32,000 nt of DNA from an uncultured Clostridiaceae bacterium (GTDB lineage Bacteria; Bacillota; Clostridia; TANB77; CAG-465). The notes beneath the pieces were generated by a model. That model was given only the letters and a program-made list of their open reading frames with translations, ran no database searches and was not told the DNA's origin. Shown one piece after another: positions 26,189 to 32,000 of the stretch (its first letter is position 1; each line of letters opens with the position of its first letter). The position numbers and the translations under genes were made by a program. The stretch spans positions 18,619 through 50,618 of the forward strand of contig CAZQJQ010000004.1 of assembly GCA_964593045.1 (NCBI GenBank). Direction: 5' to 3'.

Positions 26189-27022
26189 CTAATTTTTGCC
26201 GACCTTGATATCATCTGTTATTTTTACAAGAAATTCTTTAGTAAAGTTATTCACTTTATATAACAAATATATACTTCCTACTAATATAATTTTAAACATA
26301 ATTGTATCTATTTCCTTATACATCAATGGAATTATTAATATAAATTTTGTTATAACTTGAACAAACATATTAACAACAAATAATTTAACCCAGCTTCTAA
26401 ATATTCCTACACTTATACTACTACTCATACAACTTATTGCAATTGGAGATACAATAACAAGAAAAATAACTGTTACATATCTTATAGCAAACGATATAAG
26501 TATATTTAACATACCAAAAGACACTACTCCTTTTATAAGTCCATTTAAACTTATCAAATCATTTTTCATAAAATCATCTATTGATAGAATTACTTCTTTT
26601 AAGTTTTCAAACGTAACATCATTTTTTACAATATCTTTTCCGAGCAAATTTACAGCTTCTGTAAATGTATAGAAAAGTTCTAATATCTGTTCACAAATAT
26701 AATAGCTATTATTTATTAATAAAACTGCAACAATAATTTTAAGCATAAATAAATATGTATTATCCATTGGTTTGCCATTATACATAGATATAAGTTGCAA
26801 AAAAATATAATATATAAAGTAAAAAAGAATCAAGCTATTTGCTATTATAACTACTCCGTTTATTTTATCCTCAAAAAAAATATTTTTAAGAGGTTCTTCT
26901 GTTAATATATTAGGGCCTATACAAACTATATTATCAAGAACTTCATATACTTGTCCTTCTACCGATTTAAAAAGTTTTTCAGATATAACATTTAAATTAT
27001 TTAATATATCATTTGCTTGCAT
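26189..27022 (-). CDS. polytopic membrane protein, VirB6/TrbL-like
   Basis: 277 aa with about six TM segments. The central segment AIRYVTVIFLVIVSPIAISC resembles the conserved R...P-I-A block of TrbL/VirB6 proteins. Its start lies 1 nt after the upstream stop. Confidence 0.55.
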   Translation of the reverse strand: MQANDILNNLNVISEKLFKSVEGQVYEVLDNIVCIGPNILTEEPLKNIFFEDKINGVVIIANSLILFYFIYYIFLQLISMYNGKPMDNTYLFMLKIIVAVLLINNSYYICEQILELFYTFTEAVNLLGKDIVKNDVTFENLKEVILSIDDFMKNDLISLNGLIKGVVSFGMLNILISFAIRYVTVIFLVIVSPIAISCMSSSISVGIFRSWVKLFVVNMFVQVITKFILIIPLMYKEIDTIMFKIILVGSIYLLYKVNNFTKEFLVKITDDIKVGKN

Positions 27023-27023
27023 A

Positions 27024-27359
27024 TTAAGTAAGTGCCTCTACGAATTTTATAATAAGATCAATAGACATAATTATTGCATATCCTACTATTGCATTAACAA
27101 TAACTTTCTTTCCCATTATCATTTTTTCTTCATTTCCAAAGCTTAACTTTCTCATTAATACCCCTGTTGCTATTGCAAGTCCTGCAATAGGTGTGGAAAG
27201 TTTTACTAAATATCCTTGTATCTTCTTAAAAGCAGTATTTAATTTAGTAACCAGCGTAGGATCTGTTGCCGCAAAAATACTATTAAACATTACTATACAA
27301 ACAAATAATATAGCAAAAACTATAAACATCTTATTTATAATAATTTTACTTTTTTTCAT
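27024..27359 (-). CDS. small secreted two-helix protein, VirB2/TrbC pilin-like (or Maff2-like)
   Basis: 111 aa. The signal peptide ends in SIFA/ATDP. It is followed by two hydrophobic helices (STPIAGLAIATGVLM and VIVNAIVGYAIIMSIDLII). GGGAGGA SD. Overlaps the upstream gene by 14 nt. Confidence 0.5.
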   Translation of the reverse strand: MKKSKIIINKMFIVFAILFVCIVMFNSIFAATDPTLVTKLNTAFKKIQGYLVKLSTPIAGLAIATGVLMRKLSFGNEEKMIMGKKVIVNAIVGYAIIMSIDLIIKFVEALT

Positions 27360-29193
27360 ATTCTTCCTCCCATCTTTTTAATTTTATTTTGTCATAAAAA
27401 TCAATATTTTCTCCGTCTGATATAATTGCTGCAGCCTCAAAAGTCTTGAGTTCTTGAGTAAAGTATTCTTCGTTATACTTATACTCAATATTCTCAGCTA
27501 GAGAATATGATTCAGAAATTCCTGATTTAAAACTGCTAAATTTTTTAAAAAACAAATTATATTTACTATCTTGACCTCCTTCCGATATACTAAGTGTAGA
27601 CTTTTTCTTTATTGTTTTACCTATTTGTTTTATAATTTCATTTACAGTATATATATCATCATTTCTAAACCAAATTTTATTTACTAAATTTTGAATTATG
27701 ACCTTAGCAGCATTTTCATTTTTTATATTATTAATTAAAGATGAATAACTTTGCATACTCACAATATTTATACATTTGAATTCTCTTGACAATGATAAAA
27801 AATGTGCATCTTCTTCATTTACAAATTCTTGATATTCATCACATATAAAAAATATAGGCTTTTCAAAATTTTTTCTAAGTAAAACTTGCTCTTGAAAATC
27901 TAATTTTAGATATGTTGCTATTACTTTTGCAAGTTTAAAATCTTCTGCCATATTTATTGATAATACATAAATTTTATTACTCATAAAATCTATTTTATCA
28001 TTTGTAGAATCAAACTTTTTACTTATGTTATAGCTACTAGTAAACAAGCTAGTTATTCTAGTTATCTCTGATTTTATAATTCCAACTGTTCTTGTATCTA
28101 AATTTAGATATTCATTTTGTAAATTATTAATAGCAAGCTGTACCTCAAAAATAACATCATCGTTATAATTATTACTTAAAAGTAAAGACTTAACTTCCTT
28201 TATTTTACTTTTTAAATAATTATTATCACACACTAATTTATGTATCTCTAAAAAATTAATATTTTTGTTATATATCTTTATTAAAGATATAAAATCTTTA
28301 ATAAATTGTTCTGCTTTATCAAGCCAAAAGCTATCAGAAAGATTGTTATCTGATATTAAAGTAAGTACTTTTCTCATTTTTTGTGCAAGTTTAGTAGTTG
28401 AAATATTTGAATTATTAATAGGGCAATAACAAAAATTGCTTTTAATAGATATTTCTACTACCAATTCTTCTTTAGAGTATTTTCTAGCAATTTTTCTTAT
28501 AGTTTCAATATAATTTCCTTTTATATCTAGAATCAATCCTGATACATTTTTAGATATAAGCTCATCTACTATATTTGAAATTGCACTACTTGTCTTACCA
28601 CTTCCTATACTACCTGTTATAAGGAGATTTTGAAATAATCCATTTAGCGTTAATCCAATATTCATATTATCTATTTTTCCAAAATTAATAAAATATTTAT
28701 TATTATCACTACTTAAATTTTCTTTTGCTTGATTCTTTTTATATAAATTAATATAAATGCTATTTGTAATATAAAATATAAATATTAGAGATAATAAATA
28801 ATATAGAAATCTAAATAAAGGGATATAATCATTAAAAGAAGAAATAATATCTATTTTTTTACTAAAAATAGTTACTACAAAAAAATTAGAATTTAAATAT
28901 TTATATACAATTGAATATTTTAAAGAAAAAATTGTGGCTCCTGTAAGCAAGATGGTAAAAACTTGCTTACAACCGTATAATGATTTAAAAGACATAAATG
29001 AACTAATAATCTCAGAAAAAAAATTGTTATTTTGCCTATCTAAGTTGCAAGTTATATTTGTTAGACCTTTTTGTGAAATATATTTTTCAAGCTTGCTACC
29101 TTGTTTTGAATATAACCACTTTTTGTCCAAAAGAGAATATAACTTAATAATGAAAAAAATTAAATAGAATAAAAATTCAATGAAGATAACCAT
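27346..29193 (-). CDS. membrane-anchored P-loop ATPase of the T4CP (VirD4/TraG/TraD) type, highly divergent
   Basis: N-terminal hydrophobic helices, Walker A LITGSIGSGKTSS, ILDIKGNY (compare DPKGE of T4CPs), Walker B FFICDEYQEF, and the block SREFKCINIVSMQSYSSL..NLVNKIWFRNDD. This is collinear with the canonical T4CP at 13496-15433. GAAGGTGG lies 8 nt upstream of the ATG at 29193; the ORF track starts at 29205. Confidence 0.7.
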   Translation of the reverse strand: MVIFIEFLFYLIFFIIKLYSLLDKKWLYSKQGSKLEKYISQKGLTNITCNLDRQNNNFFSEIISSFMSFKSLYGCKQVFTILLTGATIFSLKYSIVYKYLNSNFFVVTIFSKKIDIISSFNDYIPLFRFLYYLLSLIFIFYITNSIYINLYKKNQAKENLSSDNNKYFINFGKIDNMNIGLTLNGLFQNLLITGSIGSGKTSSAISNIVDELISKNVSGLILDIKGNYIETIRKIARKYSKEELVVEISIKSNFCYCPINNSNISTTKLAQKMRKVLTLISDNNLSDSFWLDKAEQFIKDFISLIKIYNKNINFLEIHKLVCDNNYLKSKIKEVKSLLLSNNYNDDVIFEVQLAINNLQNEYLNLDTRTVGIIKSEITRITSLFTSSYNISKKFDSTNDKIDFMSNKIYVLSINMAEDFKLAKVIATYLKLDFQEQVLLRKNFEKPIFFICDEYQEFVNEEDAHFLSLSREFKCINIVSMQSYSSLINNIKNENAAKVIIQNLVNKIWFRNDDIYTVNEIIKQIGKTIKKKSTLSISEGGQDSKYNLFFKKFSSFKSGISESYSLAENIEYKYNEEYFTQELKTFEAAAIISDGENIDFYDKIKLKRWEEEYEKK

Positions 29194-29385
29194 TATACGT
29201 ACCACCTTCTAAATTTTAACATTTTGAATTAAATTTTTCAATAATATCAACATTTTTCGATGATATTCGAACTATCTAGATAATTTTTTTTGATTTTCGA
29301 CACAAAATAAAGTATAAATATTATAATAATAGTTATAAAAAGTTAGCCATTAATTGTTTTATAACTGGAACTCAGACTGCATAAT

Positions 29386-29432
29386 AAATGTTGGGGTTCA
29401 AGTTATTTTTAATAATTTGAACCCCAACATTT
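29386..29432. repeat. 47-nt near-perfect palindrome
   Basis: AAATGTTGGGGTTCAAGTTATT-ttt-AATAATTTGAACCCCAACATTT. The stem is 22 bp with a single G-T, and the loop is 3 nt. Confidence 0.9.
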
Positions 29433-29451
29433 GACATTAAACCATATCAAT

Positions 29452-29480
29452 ATTTAAAGTGCAATTTTTGCACTTTAAAT
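29452..29480. repeat. 29-nt perfect palindrome
   Basis: ATTTAAAGTGCAA-ttt-TTGCACTTTAAAT is a 13-bp stem with a 3-nt loop. A further direct copy of GCACTTT lies at 29491-29497. Confidence 0.9.
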
Positions 29481-29507
29481 TGTAAAAATCGCACTTTGTT
29501 TTTTCTA

Positions 29508-31481
29508 TTAATATCTATATTTTTCACTTTCTTCTGCAACGCCCAAATTTGTATAATACTCATCTTCATCAATTGAATAAGTAATTCCGTTGCATCTATT
29601 TATTCTTCTTTTTAAATATTCAGCTAAAGGCTTGTCTTCACAATAAATATAACAACCTTTCTGACCTCTTGTCATTAAAGTTCTATATGTATTTTTTATA
29701 ATTTCATCAGCTAATTTTAAAGCTTTTTCCGGATTTTCTTTGTACATTTTTTTAATTCCCTTTAAAGAATTATCTGTACCTGCTCTTTTAGTAAAATCAG
29801 TTACTATCTTTCCATTTTCATATCTCAAATCTTTGCCAATTATTACTCCTGCATAATCGAATTCTAATCCTTGAGATGTATGTATACATCCAACTTCATT
29901 TACTGATTCCGGATCAATTGCCCATGTTGAACTACTTCCCAAATTCCAACTCATTTCAAAGTTATATTCTGGTATAACAATATCATAAATATTGGTATCA
30001 TTTTTACCCTCTTTAATCCAATTCCAGCAATATCCTGCAACTATTCTTGCCTTATTGTTTATTTTGTTTAACTTCAATATTTTATTTTTTACATCGTTTG
30101 GATTATCCATAATTCGAATATCATAATCAATATCAAATCCATTACTATTGGCTGTTTGCCTTATTTCTAGCACATCATCTAACCATGCTAAATATCCATC
30201 TGAACCATTACACCTAAATTGAGACTCAAGTTCTAATATTTTTCTTTCTTCTCCTACTACTCCATATTCATCTAAATATTTTTCGATTTCAGCAACTGAA
30301 CCGATATCATAAATATCTATTCTTTGTGTTTCATCAATAAAGAAAACAGAAAACTTTGCAGTATTTATAATTTCTTTTATTTGATTTTCTCCTTGATTTT
30401 TATACATTCCTGATTTTGCATTTAATCTATGTGCCTCATCTGCCAAAATTACTGCCACATCATCTTTTCTGGATTCAGTATATATTCCTGAACCTTTAAA
30501 CATATTATCTATTTTTGATATTTTTTGAGTTCCTTTTAATTTAGATTTAAATACAGCTCTAGGTGCCGCATTTTTAGTAACATAGTGACATACCATCTCA
30601 TATGGCTTGTTTGTTAAATCTGATAATAAATTAATTGCTAAAACTGTTTTTCCTGTACCTGGTCCACCTTTAACTATCAAACATCTTTTTTTGCTGTCTT
30701 CATTAGATTTCTTTGCCATCGCCATAGCTGTTTCATATACTACTTTTTGATTATCTAATAATATAAATTCTTTATTTTGTTTTACCATTCCTGCAATACA
30801 ATCTTGTAATGATTTAGAAGGTTTTATTTTTCCATTTTCTATTAAATATAATGTTTCTTTATCATCACCTTCTGTAACATACTTTTTAATAAATTTTCTT
30901 AATTTTAGAGCATCTCCACTAATGAATATAGGAGCTTTTTTAATATAATCTTTATAATTGTCTGATAGTATAGTTTTAGGTTCGACATTTTCATAATTGT
31001 GTAAATATGCGCAAGGTAATAATTTCACATTGTCTCTTTGCACATTTTCATTAAAATCTTCGATATATGCAGCATAAGACCATGCTTGATAAGATGGATG
31101 AGCAACCTCTCTCATTGCACCACCTGTAAAAGTTCTAACAATACCATCTTGATCTTTAACAATTTCAGCCTCTGTCCATTGTTTTAACTCAACTATAATT
31201 GCAATATTTCTTCCTTGTTTATCTCTTCCAGTTATAATAAAATCTATTCTTTTTGAAGTATATGGAACTTTAAATTCTATTGCTATTCCACTATTATTTG
31301 GAATACTAACATCGTTTAATACATTATTCATATACATCATAGAATTCTTCCAAGCTTCTCTTTCCCTTGGATTAACGTTTTGTCCAACCCTTAATCTATA
31401 TAATTGTTCTATTCTAGTAGCTATTTGATTATTTATTACATCATTGATAAATAGCTCTTTTGTTGCTTCATATACTATCAT
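29508..31481 (-). CDS. PD-(D/E)xK nuclease fused to an SF1-type helicase/ATPase (DUF2075-type architecture)
   Basis: The N-terminal RIDFIITG...IAIIVELKQW gives a D...ExK nuclease motif. Walker A is VKGGPGTGKTVLA, Walker B is VILADEAHRL, and the C-terminal motif is IHTSQGLEFDYAGVIIG. GGGGGG precedes the ATG at 31481; the ORF track extends to a TTG at 31529. Confidence 0.85.
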   Translation of the reverse strand: MIVYEATKELFINDVINNQIATRIEQLYRLRVGQNVNPREREAWKNSMMYMNNVLNDVSIPNNSGIAIEFKVPYTSKRIDFIITGRDKQGRNIAIIVELKQWTEAEIVKDQDGIVRTFTGGAMREVAHPSYQAWSYAAYIEDFNENVQRDNVKLLPCAYLHNYENVEPKTILSDNYKDYIKKAPIFISGDALKLRKFIKKYVTEGDDKETLYLIENGKIKPSKSLQDCIAGMVKQNKEFILLDNQKVVYETAMAMAKKSNEDSKKRCLIVKGGPGTGKTVLAINLLSDLTNKPYEMVCHYVTKNAAPRAVFKSKLKGTQKISKIDNMFKGSGIYTESRKDDVAVILADEAHRLNAKSGMYKNQGENQIKEIINTAKFSVFFIDETQRIDIYDIGSVAEIEKYLDEYGVVGEERKILELESQFRCNGSDGYLAWLDDVLEIRQTANSNGFDIDYDIRIMDNPNDVKNKILKLNKINNKARIVAGYCWNWIKEGKNDTNIYDIVIPEYNFEMSWNLGSSSTWAIDPESVNEVGCIHTSQGLEFDYAGVIIGKDLRYENGKIVTDFTKRAGTDNSLKGIKKMYKENPEKALKLADEIIKNTYRTLMTRGQKGCYIYCEDKPLAEYLKRRINRCNGITYSIDEDEYYTNLGVAEESEKYRY

Positions 31482-31685
31482 AATAATTTGCCCCCCATTA
31501 ATTATTTTCTTTATAAATCCTCCCAACAAATAAATATTTGAAAATTTTTTCTCTTTTTTCGTAAAAATCTTTTCTCATCTCTATTATTAATTCTTTAAAT
31601 AATTTTTCATGCATTTCATTATATTTTTTTACATTCTTATTTTTTATTAAATGCTTTATTTTATTTTAGTTTAAACTCTCTATCA

Positions 31686-32000
31686 TTAAAATTTATTATA
31701 TTTTGTACTTACTCCTTTAGCTTTTTCTATAGGATATTTCTTTGCTGATATATCCATTTTATCTAAAATAATTTGTTTAGGATCTACTCCTATTTGATGA
31801 GACAAAAGAATACAATAATTCATAACATCTGCAATTTCAAATTTCAATTCGTCTTTATTATAATTGTTATTCCATTGAAAACATTCTAATAGCTCTCCTG
31901 CTTCAATGGCAATTGACTTTGCCAAATTTTCTGGTGTATTAAATTGTAACCAATCCCTATCTTCTGCAAATTTCACTATTTTTTCTTCTAATTCTTTCAT
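31686..32000 (-). CDS. MazG-like nucleotide pyrophosphohydrolase (DCTPP1/all-alpha NTP-PPase type)
   Basis: FAEDRDWLQFNTPENLAKSIAIEAGELLECFQW and EIADVMNYC carry the paired acidic MazG motifs. The ATG falls exactly on the last codon of the window, so the start cannot be confirmed. Confidence 0.8.
   Translation of the reverse strand: MKELEEKIVKFAEDRDWLQFNTPENLAKSIAIEAGELLECFQWNNNYNKDELKFEIADVMNYCILLSHQIGVDPKQIILDKMDISAKKYPIEKAKGVSTKYNKF

Noticed and set aside
29211-29243. TTGAAA-17-TAAAAT promoter-like element directly upstream of the T4CP-like gene
   Set aside because: The predicted transcription start would fall on the Shine-Dalgarno sequence itself, leaving essentially no leader. In sequence this A+T-rich such matches arise by chance, so it is not reported as a feature.
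31498-31614. 38-aa minus-strand ORF (MHEKLFKELIIEMRKDFYEKREKIF...) between the MazG-like and nuclease-helicase genes, and the TTG-extended start of the latter at 31529
   Set aside because: There is no convincing SD for either. The G-rich SD 7 nt before the ATG at 31481 supports the shorter nuclease-helicase start. The tiny ORF cannot be supported from sequence alone.
1-32000. Search by eye for tRNA, rRNA, integrase/recombinase, transposase, relaxase, VirB4 and toxin-antitoxin pairs
   Set aside because: I found no ORF with the corresponding motifs and no G+C-rich structured intergenic segment. Their absence is itself part of the argument that the conjugation-type genes are orphaned.

Overview
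Very A+T-rich chromosomal segment from a low-GC Firmicute, most likely a Clostridia-like spore-former, since it carries a GerAB-type germination gene. I found no rRNA, tRNA, CRISPR array, transposase, integrase or recombinase. The housekeeping backbone is: metK behind a SAM-I riboswitch; a walR/walK-like two-component operon translationally coupled to tatD; the ffs(SRP RNA)-dnaX-ybaB-recR cluster; a monocistronic gyrA; a CbpA-like J-protein; and a DnaD/DnaB-like plus DnaI-like helicase-loader pair. Conjugation-type genes are embedded in this backbone without the rest of a conjugative element. (1) 13496-16310 holds a textbook VirD4/TraG coupling protein in a three-gene operon with two unassignable proteins. 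(2) 25802-29193 holds a tightly packed, extremely A+T-rich operon: a T4CP-like membrane ATPase, a VirB2/TrbC-like pilin-type protein, a VirB6/TrbL-like polytopic protein and a PrgI/TcpE-like protein. It has no VirB4 ATPase, relaxase or cell-wall hydrolase, and the replication-loader genes follow it directly. Upstream of this module lie two long perfect palindromes (29386-29480). Beyond them is a candidate defence pair: a PD-(D/E)xK nuclease fused to an SF1 helicase (DUF2075-type), plus a MazG/DCTPP1-like pyrophosphohydrolase. Smaller observations: WalR-type phased hexamers upstream of the walR-like operon; a short 4.5S-type SRP RNA with a consensus promoter; a probable spore-surface cluster (leaderless CarboxypepD_reg repeat proteins plus a cupin with a Tyr/Gly/Cys-rich N-terminus); an orphan GerAB-type gene preceded by a tiny two-TM protein; and Ala at the Ser83-equivalent QRDR position of GyrA. 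All functional calls come from motif recognition by eye. No database search was run.
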